Shown in pieces: positions 35,569-45,310 of a DNA stretch of 64,000 nt. The stretch is taken from positions 96,001-160,000 of the IMG/VR virus record IMGVR_UViG_3300032268_000973; one strand, given 5' to 3'. The translations under genes and the position numbers were made by a program. The DNA comes from a virus. How positions within the stretch are numbered: position 1 is the first letter of the stretch; each line of letters begins with the position of its first letter. The notes beneath the pieces are model-generated. The model ran no database searches, had not been told where the DNA came from, and was given only the letters and a program-made list of their open reading frames with translations.

Positions 35569-36483
35569 ATGAGCGATGAAGTTGAAGTTTTAGTAGAATT
35601 ACTCACAGAGTTTCTTGGTGACTTTCACCAACACTACGAATCAAAAGGTCAAATATCATTTGACTGTCCTGTCTGTGCTCAAGAAAAAGGATTGGACGGT
35701 GGTGATGGTAAAGGTAACTTGGAAATCAACTACGGTAAACACGTTTATAAGTGTTGGTCTTGTGGTGAGACTCACGGAACTCACGGACCATTGGGTAAAC
35801 TATTTGACCAGTATGCGACCAAAGGACAAAAGAAAGTTTACAACTTAATCAAACCTGAGGAACTCAAGCAAGAGGATATCAAACGACCCAAACTCAGATT
35901 GCCCGAAGGTTACACAACCTTCCAAGATTCCAACCCAAGATTCATTCCACACATGGAGGCATACAGATACCTCCAATCAAGAGGTATTACTGATGAAATG
36001 ATTGAGAGGTTCAAGATAGGATATACCGTAAGTGGTGACTTTGCTTATAGAATTATTGTACCATCCTTCAACAAGGAAGGAGTGTTAAATTATTTTACTG
36101 CCAGATCTTGGGTCCCCAAGAAAATGAAGTATAAGAACCCTTCAGTTCCCAAAGATGAGATAATCTTCAATGAGAGTTTAATTGATTGGGATAAGGACGT
36201 ATATTTGTGTGAAGGACCATTTGACTCCTTATTCTTATCCAACTCTATTGTGATGTTAGGAAAAAAAATGAGTAAATTGCTTTTCGAAACTTTGTATTCG
36301 AAGGCGAATGCTAACATAATTATTTGTTGTGACGGAGATGCTTTCGAAGATGGATTAAGAGTTTACCAAGAATTGAATGGGGGTAGATTATACAATAAAA
36401 TTAAAATAGTGAAATTACCCATTGATAAGGATGTCTGCGACCTCAGAGGTCAGATTGATGAGTATTATTATGAAATGAGATAA
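35569..36483 (+). CDS. dnaG: DNA primase (Zn finger + TOPRIM)
   Basis: CPVC...CWSC, RIIVP, YFTARS, CEGPFDS, CDGDA. Start at the ATG at 35569. Confidence 0.9.
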   Translation: MSDEVEVLVELLTEFLGDFHQHYESKGQISFDCPVCAQEKGLDGGDGKGNLEINYGKHVYKCWSCGETHGTHGPLGKLFDQYATKGQKKVYNLIKPEELKQEDIKRPKLRLPEGYTTFQDSNPRFIPHMEAYRYLQSRGITDEMIERFKIGYTVSGDFAYRIIVPSFNKEGVLNYFTARSWVPKKMKYKNPSVPKDEIIFNESLIDWDKDVYLCEGPFDSLFLSNSIVMLGKKMSKLLFETLYSKANANIIICCDGDAFEDGLRVYQELNGGRLYNKIKIVKLPIDKDVCDLRGQIDEYYYEMR

Positions 36484-37325
36484 TGACAGATTTAAAGGAG
36501 ATATCTAAAGAGATTCGAAGTATAATTTTTGATAGACAAAATCAATTAGGGTTAACTTTCGAAGAAGAACAACACTTGTATACAATGAATGGAAAGTCAG
36601 ATTGGCCCTCCGTTTCAAAAGTATTAAAAAAATTCTATCGAGAGTTCCCAACTCAAGAAGCCGCATACAATAAAGCTGGTGGTGACCCATATAAGCAACA
36701 AGCCTTGATTGAAGAATGGGAAGCCGCTGGCAGGTATTCAACCAACTTGGGAAGTAGAGTTCACTACGAGCTCGAAAAGTTTCTTATTGAACAAAATGGT
36801 TCGTATAAAGAAATCAGAAAGCCAATTTTCGAATGTGACCTTACTCAACTAATGAAGAGTGACAATATGATTATGGGAGGCAAAAGGTATTTGGAACTTA
36901 TGGAAAGCCGAAACTTAGTTCTTTTGGATACTGAAATGGTTTTGGGTGACCCGACCTTAGGATATGTTGGACAACCAGATAAAGTTTGGTTGACGTATAA
37001 TAAAAAGGGGGATGACTTCGGGTTGTTGATTACAGATTGGAAAACAAATAAGAAAAAGAATTTCCAAGAGACAAGTTATACCGATAGAATGTATGAACCA
37101 TTTAAAAAATATCCTAACACTGCACTTGGCCACTATTACCTTCAACTACCATTGTATGGTAAGTTATTATTAAAAATGTTGGAAGGAACAAAGTATGAAA
37201 ATATCAAACTTTATGGGTGTATCATATCTCATTTACAGGAAGATACTTTTTTTTCTGAATACAGAGTTCCACAAGATGTGATCGATCTCATCTTAGAAAT
37301 GGATATCCGAGAATATCTGAAATGA
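36483..37325 (+). CDS. PD-(D/E)xK exonuclease (RecB/Cas4-like)
   Basis: PSVSKVL, GSRVH, GQPDKV, ITDWKT, YLQLPLY. Confidence 0.85.
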   Translation: MTDLKEISKEIRSIIFDRQNQLGLTFEEEQHLYTMNGKSDWPSVSKVLKKFYREFPTQEAAYNKAGGDPYKQQALIEEWEAAGRYSTNLGSRVHYELEKFLIEQNGSYKEIRKPIFECDLTQLMKSDNMIMGGKRYLELMESRNLVLLDTEMVLGDPTLGYVGQPDKVWLTYNKKGDDFGLLITDWKTNKKKNFQETSYTDRMYEPFKKYPNTALGHYYLQLPLYGKLLLKMLEGTKYENIKLYGCIISHLQEDTFFSEYRVPQDVIDLILEMDIREYLK

Positions 37326-37328
37326 GAT

Positions 37329-37359
37329 TTTGAATTCACCCAAAAAATTCTTACCTTTG
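37329..37359 (+). promoter_or_regulatory. Bacteroidota-type promoter
   Basis: TTTG-N19-TACCTTTG. Confidence 0.75.
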
Positions 37360-37382
37360 ATTCATATCTAAAATGAAAAAAT

Positions 37383-38258
37383 ATGTCAAAGGTAGACGAT
37401 TTACGGCAGAAGTATCAAATAGTTGCTAAATCTACGTTCAATAAGTTTGTCGAAGGAGATAAAACACCAACCAAGAAGTATTTGGAGTATATGCTAAAGG
37501 CATGGACTGAGCGTCAAGATTATACTCATAAAAGAACAATTGGAGGTATTATCGAAAACGTTCTTCTATTCGATGCGTTAATCCCATATATTGAAAACAA
37601 AGACATTTATTCAAAGGAATATTCGGACTATCGAAATTTAGAACATACCGTAATCAAAGCCCAAGAAACTAAAGAAGAAAAATCTTTTGTTAGGAAAGAT
37701 CATATTAAAGTTCTAATCGAAAACGAACGATTCCTCTTACTAATTCCAATAACACATCAAGGTTCTGTGAAGTATGGGGCTAACACCAAATGGTGCACGA
37801 CAACAAGAGGGAACGACAACCTATTCAACAAATATTCCAAGGAGGGAATATTAGCGTATTTGGTCGATAAAGAAGGGAATAAACATGAAGACTTCAAGAA
37901 AATCGCATTCAGTATGAATTTTGCTAATTCGGGATTGAATGAAAATTTCACCATCTATGATGTGAAAGATAGATATACTGGTGAAACTATGATGGTTGAA
38001 AAGGGTTGGAACTTTGAAGACTTATTTCATGTTTTTTCCGCACTCAGATACGTATTTTACAAGACGAAAGAATATAAAAAGAATAAAGATTTTGTTGATT
38101 CTTTTGTGAAAACAGTAAGTTCATTGGACATTGATAAGTTCGAAAAATGTTTTAATAAACTTGATGAAACATCAAGTGATGAGTATATTAAAGAAACTAA
38201 AACTAAAATTGAAACATTCGTTTCAGCAATAAAAAAATCTAAATATGGAAATAAATAA
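37383..38258 (+). CDS. WCT-motif (PcfJ-like) protein
   Basis: KYLEYM, KDI, P.THQGSVKYGANTKWCTT, FNKY..EG.LAYLVD. Confidence 0.55.
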   Translation: MSKVDDLRQKYQIVAKSTFNKFVEGDKTPTKKYLEYMLKAWTERQDYTHKRTIGGIIENVLLFDALIPYIENKDIYSKEYSDYRNLEHTVIKAQETKEEKSFVRKDHIKVLIENERFLLLIPITHQGSVKYGANTKWCTTTRGNDNLFNKYSKEGILAYLVDKEGNKHEDFKKIAFSMNFANSGLNENFTIYDVKDRYTGETMMVEKGWNFEDLFHVFSALRYVFYKTKEYKKNKDFVDSFVKTVSSLDIDKFEKCFNKLDETSSDEYIKETKTKIETFVSAIKKSKYGNK

Positions 38259-38481
38259 ACCAAAACTCAACTTACGGGAGGTCCCAACGGTTAAATGTGA
38301 TAATTGTGGTGGAATATACTTCAGAGAGGTAACTTATCTTAAACTTGTTCCAAAACTTTTGGTAGGCGCCGCTGAAGATACAACCGTTCCATTCCCAATT
38401 TACAAATGTGATTCTTGTGGACACGTCAACAAGGGTTTCAATCCTTTTGAGGATAAAGATAAAGTTTCATTGGAAGCGTAA
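38245..38481 (+). CDS. Small Zn-ribbon protein
   Basis: CDNC...CDSC. Confidence 0.7.
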   Translation: MEINKPKLNLREVPTVKCDNCGGIYFREVTYLKLVPKLLVGAAEDTTVPFPIYKCDSCGHVNKGFNPFEDKDKVSLEA

Positions 38482-38486
38482 AGTTA

Positions 38487-39266
38487 ATGATTAAGAGACT
38501 AATACATTTTTCTGACTTACACATCAGGCTTTTCAAGGACCACGATTTATATCGATCGGTCCTTGAATTTGCTTTAAAGGAGTGGCAAACACTTCAACCC
38601 GATCGAATTGTTTTCACTGGTGACTTGGTGCATTCCAAAAATCAAATGACACCAGAGTTAATTGAATTTGTGGCTTGGATTCTCTCTGAGTGTTCTAAAA
38701 TTGCAAAGACAATAGTTATTATAGGGAACCACGACTTTCTTGAAAACAACAATACGAGATTGGATGCTCTTACTCCAATCATTGATTCATTGAATAATGA
38801 AAACATTGTTTATCTCAAGAATCGAGGAGTCTATGAGGATGAGAACATTAATTGGTGTGTATATTCTTTGATGGAACATAACATTCAACCTGATATTCAG
38901 AAGTCGAAGAATAAGAATATTGGTTTATTTCATGGACCTGTCACTGGTCTTTACACCGATATTGGATATAAGTTCGAGGATGGGTTTGATGTGTCCAAGT
39001 TCAAGGGATGCGACTTAGTTTTGTGTGGTGACATTCACAAGAGACAAGTGTTTGATATTCCTGGAGGAAATAAAGCATATATGGTTGGATCAACAATTCA
39101 ACAAAACTTTGGCGAGAAAGTAACCAAACACGGATATGGAGTTTATGATATTGAGAAAGATCAATATGACTTTGTCGATCTTCCAAATCCAAAACCTTTC
39201 TTATCATTTTACATAAACTCAATCGACAACTTAGTTGACGGAACCGAGAAACTTGTGAATTACTAA
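38487..39266 (+). CDS. sbcD: Mre11/SbcD-like nuclease (phosphoesterase core only)
   Basis: SDLH, GDLVH, GNHD, FHG, GDIH. Confidence 0.9.
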   Translation: MIKRLIHFSDLHIRLFKDHDLYRSVLEFALKEWQTLQPDRIVFTGDLVHSKNQMTPELIEFVAWILSECSKIAKTIVIIGNHDFLENNNTRLDALTPIIDSLNNENIVYLKNRGVYEDENINWCVYSLMEHNIQPDIQKSKNKNIGLFHGPVTGLYTDIGYKFEDGFDVSKFKGCDLVLCGDIHKRQVFDIPGGNKAYMVGSTIQQNFGEKVTKHGYGVYDIEKDQYDFVDLPNPKPFLSFYINSIDNLVDGTEKLVNY

Positions 39267-39881
39267 ATGGAATACAAACTCAATCTTTCTTCTACTCAGA
39301 ACACTGATCTCGTATCTTATTGTAATCTTAATGACTTAAGGATTAGTGAGGTGATTAAGAAATCATACCTCGAAGGATTTAATATTGAGAGGTATGGTTT
39401 GTTAAATACGGGGGGAACTCGCGAAAAACAGGTGGAAAAGGAGGTTATTGTTGAAAAACGGGTGGAGATTCCTGTGGAGGTTATTAAGGAAGTGGTGAGG
39501 ATTGAATACGTTGAAGTTGAAAAACCAATTGAAGTAATCAAAGAGGTTATTGTTGATAGAATTGTAGAAAAGGTTGTTGAGGTTATCAAAGAAGTCCCTG
39601 TAATACAACAACTCGAAACAAAGGAACCTGAGGTTAAAGAGATTATTCGAGAGGTTGAAGTTATTAAAGAGGTAGTTATTGAAAAGGAAGGTGACAGTAG
39701 TTTGAAATCAAAGTTGGACGCGCTTCAACTAACAGTTCAAAAACTCAAACAAGATAACATCGAGAAAGATAAAAAAATTAAAGAGTACGAACAAACCATT
39801 CAAGATATCCAAAAATTTCAAGAAGAAAAGAAGGCGATGTTCCTGAGAGGTTCAAACTTAGATGATAAATTATATAAATAA
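39267..39881 (+). CDS. Protein with V/E/K/I repeats and C-terminal coiled coil
   Basis: EKEVIVEK..EIPVEVIKEV...VEKPIEVIKEV tract. Confidence 0.7.
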   Translation: MEYKLNLSSTQNTDLVSYCNLNDLRISEVIKKSYLEGFNIERYGLLNTGGTREKQVEKEVIVEKRVEIPVEVIKEVVRIEYVEVEKPIEVIKEVIVDRIVEKVVEVIKEVPVIQQLETKEPEVKEIIREVEVIKEVVIEKEGDSSLKSKLDALQLTVQKLKQDNIEKDKKIKEYEQTIQDIQKFQEEKKAMFLRGSNLDDKLYK

Positions 39882-39886
39882 AAATT

Positions 39887-40237
39887 ATGGTACAAATATT
39901 AATATGGATGATAATGGCTTATGGTATGAGCAACATCCTCGTTTATGGTAGTATTTTCAATAGACCAAGAAATGCAATAAACAGATGGGCGGCAGATGTT
40001 GACTCAATTCTCCAAGATTTTTGGATATTCTTATCCGATATGTTAAGATGTATGATGTGTACATCAACTTGGGTTGGATTCTTTATAGGAATTTTTGTAT
40101 ATTCTCCTTGGAATATAATCATTGGGGAATCATTATGGTACTCTTGGTTTTTTGATGGTATGTTTGCTTCAGGAGCCGTATGGGCAATAAATGCAATCGT
40201 AGAATGGTTTGAAGTAAACCGTCCAAAATCAGAATAA
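39887..40237 (+). CDS. Membrane protein (DUF1360-like)
   Basis: Three hydrophobic segments; C..C.STWVG motif. Confidence 0.55.
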   Translation: MVQILIWMIMAYGMSNILVYGSIFNRPRNAINRWAADVDSILQDFWIFLSDMLRCMMCTSTWVGFFIGIFVYSPWNIIIGESLWYSWFFDGMFASGAVWAINAIVEWFEVNRPKSE

Positions 40238-40254
40238 ATTAAACAACAATACAA

Positions 40255-40443
40255 ATGGGAAAATCAAAAGTAAGAGGTGGTGCTAAGACTCACAGAAAAA
40301 GAGTTGCAAACAGAAACCAAAATATTAAGACACAGCAATCTGCAATTCAGAAACTTTTCAATGAAACAATGAAACTTCAAATGGAAGAGTTTAAGAAAAA
40401 ACAAGAATCTGAACAAAACGGAACTTCTGAACCACAACAATAA
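40255..40443 (+). CDS. Small basic hypothetical protein
   Basis: In-operon ORF. Confidence 0.6.
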   Translation: MGKSKVRGGAKTHRKRVANRNQNIKTQQSAIQKLFNETMKLQMEEFKKKQESEQNGTSEPQQ

Positions 40444-40445
40444 AA

Positions 40446-42827
40446 ATGAAATGGGATTTGTTTAATCCATATCCAACTTACAACTATTCAAATATGCCAA
40501 CTAATTTAGATGTATCTACATTAGAAAATCCTTACATTCAGGTAATTTGGGAAGACACACCCGAAAACTTTACTCAAGAAAGAATTAAGTCTGTGAAGCA
40601 GTACTTTATGAAAAAGTATTCTTCAACAAACATTAATGTAATCACCAAAGTGAAGACATCGGATGAAGACTCCATGCAGACTATTGATGTTTCAGTGAAC
40701 ATCATGGATAAGAATTATCAGACAGAGTTAGTAAAAACTTATTTGGAGTCCAAAGGTCAAGAACAATACATCGACCAACTAATGAACATCGACCTTGCGG
40801 TTGAAAACAGAATGTTGGCAAACGAAGTTGAGGTCACTCCATTCAAAAGATGGTATATCAAAAAAATTGAGTTCGATAACTTCTTATCTTATGGACAGAA
40901 TCAAGTAATTGATTTTGATAAATGTAATGGAATTACTGTAGTTGAATCGGATCCACCAAACTTTGGAGGGAAGACGGTATTAACCGTTGACCTTCTATTA
41001 TTTTTGTTCTTCAACACAACAACCAAAACTCAAAAGGCTGAAGAAATCTTTAACAGATTTACTGATGTAAATAAAGTTAGTGTCAAAGGTGATATTACAA
41101 TCGATGGTGAAGATTATGTGATTGTTCGTCAAATTGAAAGAAAGAAGTCCAAGGCTGGTGAATGGAACATTAAAACCGAGCTTGAGTTCTTCAAGAAACT
41201 TGCGGATGGTCAACTCCAAAACTTTACAGGTGAACAAAGACGTGAGACAGAAAACTTCATGAAGAAATCCATTGGAAGTATGGAAGACTTTTTGATGACC
41301 ATTGTTACAACAGCGTCCAATCTGGAAGACTTATTGGAAGCAAAACCAACTGCTCGTGGGCAGGTTCTGAGTAGATTTCTTGGATTGGAATTCCTAAAGA
41401 AAAAGGAGGAAACTGGTAAAGAAATTTATTCTGAGTTTTCCAAAGGAATGATTTCTAATGTGTATAACACAGAGTCTCTTAAACAGGATAATGAGTCCTT
41501 TGGAGAGGAGATTGTTAAAATGAAGGATGAGATTATCGAGATGTCCAAAAACATCTCAGATGTCGACAAAAGACTTCAGAGGGGACAAGATTATAAAGAT
41601 AATTTGTTAAAATCTAAATTCACTGATTTGGATAATGAACTCATTACCTTGAATCCATTGTTATTACAATCTTCAATAAGCAACTTAGAGGATTCGAAAC
41701 AAAAGACCGAACAGGACATCAAGAATATTAAGATAGTTGAGCCCAAAGAATTTTATCATGAGGACAAACATGATAACGTAAAAGAGGTTATCAAATCAAG
41801 ATTCGCTGAACTTGTTACTTGTGAGAATAAAGTTGAGGAAATTCAAGACCTTATCGAAAAGTATGGAGACGGAATTCAATGTGACCACTGTGGTATCAAA
41901 TTGATGGAAGCTAAATTGACCAACGAGAAAATTAAACAACTCGATTCATTCAAAAGACTTGTTCAGGATTTCAAAGAAGAAATTGATGGGTACGAAAAGA
42001 AAGAACAATCTTTTACACAACTCAAGAAAGACTTCGATGAATATGAGAGAAACAAACTCATAAAAGAAAAATATGAGTTATCTTTGGAATCCACTCAACT
42101 CAAATTGGAACAAGCCAAAGATAAACTCAAAAGATATGAGGAAGTCCAAGACAAAATCAAGAAGAACAATGAGATTGATGCTCAGTTGTTAAAGGCAGGA
42201 TTACGTATTGATGAATTGATTAACGAGAAAAGAGGGTATGAAAAGGTTCAAAATACGAACTCAACACGTATCGAAACTATTGAATCAAGAATTGAGAAAA
42301 ATAATGACCTTATCTCAAAAATTGCCGAAGAGTTTGAACGTGAGAAGATTTATAAAATCTACGTTGAAATCTATGGTAAGAATGGAATCACCAAAATGAT
42401 TATGAAGACCATGATGCCATTGATTAACTCTGAACTTCAGAGATTACTTCAGGACTCAGCGTACTTCAGTTTGGAAATCCGTATCAATGACAAGAATGAG
42501 GTTGAGTTCATTATGATAGATAACTCCACTGGTGTTGAAAAACTAATGGTATCAGGATCAGGTTATGAAAGAACGATTGCTGCGATGGCATTGAGAGCGG
42601 TGTTATCAAAGGTTTGTTCACTTCCAAAACCAAACATAATTGTGTGGGACGAAGTGTTCGGAAAAATATCTAATGATAATCTTGAAATGGTTGGAGAATT
42701 TTTTACCAAGATGAGAGATTACTTCGAGAAGATATTTGTAATAACTCACAATCCACTTGTAAATAACTGGTCTAACAATGTGGTCAGAATAAGTAAGGTT
42801 GACAATATTTCAAAAGTCTCACAATAG
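40446..42827 (+). CDS. sbcC: Rad50/SbcC ATPase with ~130-aa N-terminal extension
   Basis: IEFDNFLSYG, Walker A NFGGKT, Zn hook CDHC, signature SGSGYE, Walker B VWDEVFG, ITH. Confidence 0.92.
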   Translation: MKWDLFNPYPTYNYSNMPTNLDVSTLENPYIQVIWEDTPENFTQERIKSVKQYFMKKYSSTNINVITKVKTSDEDSMQTIDVSVNIMDKNYQTELVKTYLESKGQEQYIDQLMNIDLAVENRMLANEVEVTPFKRWYIKKIEFDNFLSYGQNQVIDFDKCNGITVVESDPPNFGGKTVLTVDLLLFLFFNTTTKTQKAEEIFNRFTDVNKVSVKGDITIDGEDYVIVRQIERKKSKAGEWNIKTELEFFKKLADGQLQNFTGEQRRETENFMKKSIGSMEDFLMTIVTTASNLEDLLEAKPTARGQVLSRFLGLEFLKKKEETGKEIYSEFSKGMISNVYNTESLKQDNESFGEEIVKMKDEIIEMSKNISDVDKRLQRGQDYKDNLLKSKFTDLDNELITLNPLLLQSSISNLEDSKQKTEQDIKNIKIVEPKEFYHEDKHDNVKEVIKSRFAELVTCENKVEEIQDLIEKYGDGIQCDHCGIKLMEAKLTNEKIKQLDSFKRLVQDFKEEIDGYEKKEQSFTQLKKDFDEYERNKLIKEKYELSLESTQLKLEQAKDKLKRYEEVQDKIKKNNEIDAQLLKAGLRIDELINEKRGYEKVQNTNSTRIETIESRIEKNNDLISKIAEEFEREKIYKIYVEIYGKNGITKMIMKTMMPLINSELQRLLQDSAYFSLEIRINDKNEVEFIMIDNSTGVEKLMVSGSGYERTIAAMALRAVLSKVCSLPKPNIIVWDEVFGKISNDNLEMVGEFFTKMRDYFEKIFVITHNPLVNNWSNNVVRISKVDNISKVSQ

Positions 42828-42841
42828 TGGGACTTTTTTTG
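42812..42841 (+). terminator. Intrinsic terminator over the sbcC stop
   Basis: AAAAGTCTCAC-AATA-GTGGGACTTTT stem plus T tract. Confidence 0.8.
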
Positions 42842-42868
42842 TTATGTCATTTAATTTTAATATCTTTA
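42838..42868 (+). promoter_or_regulatory. Bacteroidota-type promoter (variant) for the R-M-like insert
   Basis: TTTG-N19-TATCTTTA. Confidence 0.55.
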
Positions 42869-42881
42869 TAAAAAAAAAGAC

Positions 42882-43445
42882 ATGGAAGAAATTAAACTAA
42901 GAGATGCAATATTTTCCTTACATACTAGGAAATTTGGAGCTGTAGTAGAAAAGTTAGTAGAAAGAATTCTTGAAGAATTTGGATTTATTGTAGAAAAATC
43001 CAATGACTTATCGTACGACCGAAAAATAAATAATGAAGAAGATGAAATTAAAGGTTCTAGAGTTCTAGGTAAGTCAGTTTTAAATTTAGAAAATGATAAT
43101 ATCGTTGAATCTTTATTAGAGCATGAAACTAATCGATTTGTTAATACGGTAGATAACTCTAATGTGGAATGGGATTGTAATGTCCAACAGATAAAAACAA
43201 AATTATTCAATACTCTTTGGTATGTTTTATTTTTTGGGGATTGCGTTGCAATTTTTAAAATAGGTGCAGATGAAATTATTACTGATAAAAATATTTCATA
43301 TTCTAATAAACAACACAGAGGAAATGAGGGAGAGGGGCAGTTTCACGTTACAAATAAAAATATTAAATATCATTTAGATAATTATTTGGTGAAAAAAATT
43401 ACCTATACTGAGGTATATAATAAACTAAATAAAATAAAGAAATGA
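42882..43445 (+). CDS. Candidate type II restriction endonuclease
   Basis: D..(X7)..EIK PD-(D/E)xK-like pattern (YDRK...DEIKGS); overlaps the methyltransferase start. Confidence 0.45.
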   Translation: MEEIKLRDAIFSLHTRKFGAVVEKLVERILEEFGFIVEKSNDLSYDRKINNEEDEIKGSRVLGKSVLNLENDNIVESLLEHETNRFVNTVDNSNVEWDCNVQQIKTKLFNTLWYVLFFGDCVAIFKIGADEIITDKNISYSNKQHRGNEGEGQFHVTNKNIKYHLDNYLVKKITYTEVYNKLNKIKK

Positions 43446-44149
43446 GAGAAAAAGTAATATTAGGTGATTGTTTTGAAAATTTATCTAAAATTGAAGATAA
43501 TTCTATTGATTTAATCGCTATAGACCCACCATATGAAATTTCATACGAAAATTTAGAATGGGATAAGAAAAGTTTAAATTGGAATATATTAAGAGATGAA
43601 TTTTATCGAATACTTAAACCAACAGGTAATTTAGTGATATTCCAAGGATGGTCGAATGTTTCTGAAACCAAAAAAACTTTAGAAGAAACTTTCAAATTGA
43701 AGAATTGGATTATTTGGGATAGAATTAAGGGTAGGGGGGCAAATACAAACATGGTTTCAACTAGAGAAGATATCCTATGGTTTGTTAAAAGTGATAAATA
43801 TACTTATAACAAAATTTATAGTACAATTAAAAAGAAAACAGGAGGATTAGGAGCTAAAAACGGTCAAGAATGTAGGGCCTTATCGAATGTGTGGACAGAC
43901 ATTAGCCCAATAGTCCCATGGGCTAAAGAACGAGTTAGTCACCCAACTCAAAAGCCAATTCAATTGATGGAAAGAATTATTACAATTTTTTCAAATGAAA
44001 ATGATTTAGTTTTAGATTGTTTTGCGGGTTCGGGATCTACTGGAGCCGCGGCAAAAAACTTAAATAGAGATTTTATTATGATAGAAAAAGATGATGAATA
44101 TCATAAAATAATACTCAAAAGATTGAATCCTGAAACTGAGAAAGAATAA
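43442..44149 (+). CDS. DNA amino-methyltransferase (N4/N6, beta class)
   Basis: DPPY precedes HPTQKP and LDCFAGSGST (motif IV before motif I). Confidence 0.92.
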   Translation: MREKVILGDCFENLSKIEDNSIDLIAIDPPYEISYENLEWDKKSLNWNILRDEFYRILKPTGNLVIFQGWSNVSETKKTLEETFKLKNWIIWDRIKGRGANTNMVSTREDILWFVKSDKYTYNKIYSTIKKKTGGLGAKNGQECRALSNVWTDISPIVPWAKERVSHPTQKPIQLMERIITIFSNENDLVLDCFAGSGSTGAAAKNLNRDFIMIEKDDEYHKIILKRLNPETEKE

Positions 44150-44184
44150 GATAAAACCTCCCAACCCCATAAAAAAACTTTCTT

Positions 44185-44215
44185 TTTGTTTATACTAAAT
44201 TTATTCATACTTTTG
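44185..44215 (+). promoter_or_regulatory. Bacteroidota-type promoter
   Basis: TTTG-N19-TACTTTTG. Confidence 0.75.
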
Positions 44216-44219
44216 TGGT

Positions 44220-44720
44220 ATGCAAACATTCCTACCTTACTCAGACATTACTGAATCAATGAGAGTCCTTGACAACAAGAGACTTGGTAAACAACGAGTT
44301 GAAACCTATCAAATTATCAGTGCAATCACTGGCAGATTAAAGTTGGATGGTACCCCCTACAAAGGGTGGATTAACCATCCATGTTCTGTTATGTGGAGGA
44401 ACCACGTCCCACTTTTGAAGATGTACTTGAACGCAAGTATTGATGAGTGGGTTAGACGTGGGTTTAAGAATACCATGGATAGGGAAGATATTGATGAGTC
44501 GGTTACTTACCCTGAGTGGTGGGGGAACAAAAAGTTCCATGACTCACACAAATCGAATTTGTTGAAGAAAGATTTTGATTTCTATTCACAGTATAGATGG
44601 CAGGTCGATCCAACCAATCCGTATGTTTGGAAGGACAAAGATGGTAAGTGGTACGAGCAACATTCGGGAGCAAAAGGAAGAGTTTATTTTGAGAGTAATA
44701 GAAAATTAGTATCTTTGTAA
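44220..44720 (+). CDS. Pyrimidine-dimer glycosylase-like protein (MSMEG_6728/DenV-like)
   Basis: MQTFLPY, LDNKRLGKQRVE, GWINHP..VMW, SHKSNLL.KD. Confidence 0.8.
   Translation: MQTFLPYSDITESMRVLDNKRLGKQRVETYQIISAITGRLKLDGTPYKGWINHPCSVMWRNHVPLLKMYLNASIDEWVRRGFKNTMDREDIDESVTYPEWWGNKKFHDSHKSNLLKKDFDFYSQYRWQVDPTNPYVWKDKDGKWYEQHSGAKGRVYFESNRKLVSL
44688..44717 (+). promoter_or_regulatory. Bacteroidota-type promoter
   Basis: TTTG-N18-TATCTTTG. Confidence 0.65.
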
Positions 44721-44736
44721 AAATTAAACGTAAAAT

Positions 44737-45309
44737 ATGAAAAACTACTTAGCCACAGTTATTGGTAATTTCATTACAGACGAAAGTTGTAATGATATGG
44801 TAATGTCAGTCGCACCATTGGTGGATTCACGAAACATGAAATATCAATTCGGAGGAGGAATTATACTGATGCACTTCGCAACAGATGTCCCCAAAGACGA
44901 AATCTTTGAATATATTACTGGACTCATCCATGTTGATAGTGAAATATTAATTTTGACAGAAGTATCTGACAAGGTGTCAGTTCACGTCCCTTACGAAAAA
45001 TCTGGTCATTTATTTGATTTAGATAATCCTGGACTAAATAATAACTATTCAATCGACATGAAAGGTGTTATCGAGAATACTGATTTGTATAACGACTTAG
45101 ATGAGGACGATATCGATATCAGTTTTTCAAACGAAATAAAATTTTCAAAAGATTTTGAGGCTCAATTTAGGTCAAAGGTTTCACAATGGATGGGCACTTT
45201 GCCATCCAAAACAACTTTGGATACTATCCTAGATAAGATTAATGTTTTAGGAATGGACTCACTTACCAAACACGAATTAACTCTACTTCAAAACTACGGT
45301 AATAACTAA
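44737..45309 (+). CDS. Hypothetical protein
   Basis: ORF with promoter; C-terminal LDTILDKI...G..SLT.HE..LL. Confidence 0.6.
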   Translation: MKNYLATVIGNFITDESCNDMVMSVAPLVDSRNMKYQFGGGIILMHFATDVPKDEIFEYITGLIHVDSEILILTEVSDKVSVHVPYEKSGHLFDLDNPGLNNNYSIDMKGVIENTDLYNDLDEDDIDISFSNEIKFSKDFEAQFRSKVSQWMGTLPSKTTLDTILDKINVLGMDSLTKHELTLLQNYGNN

Positions 45310-45310
45310 T

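Noticed and set aside
36483-37325. cas4 of a CRISPR system
   Set aside because: No Fe-S cysteines, no other cas genes or array; the context is primase and recombination genes.
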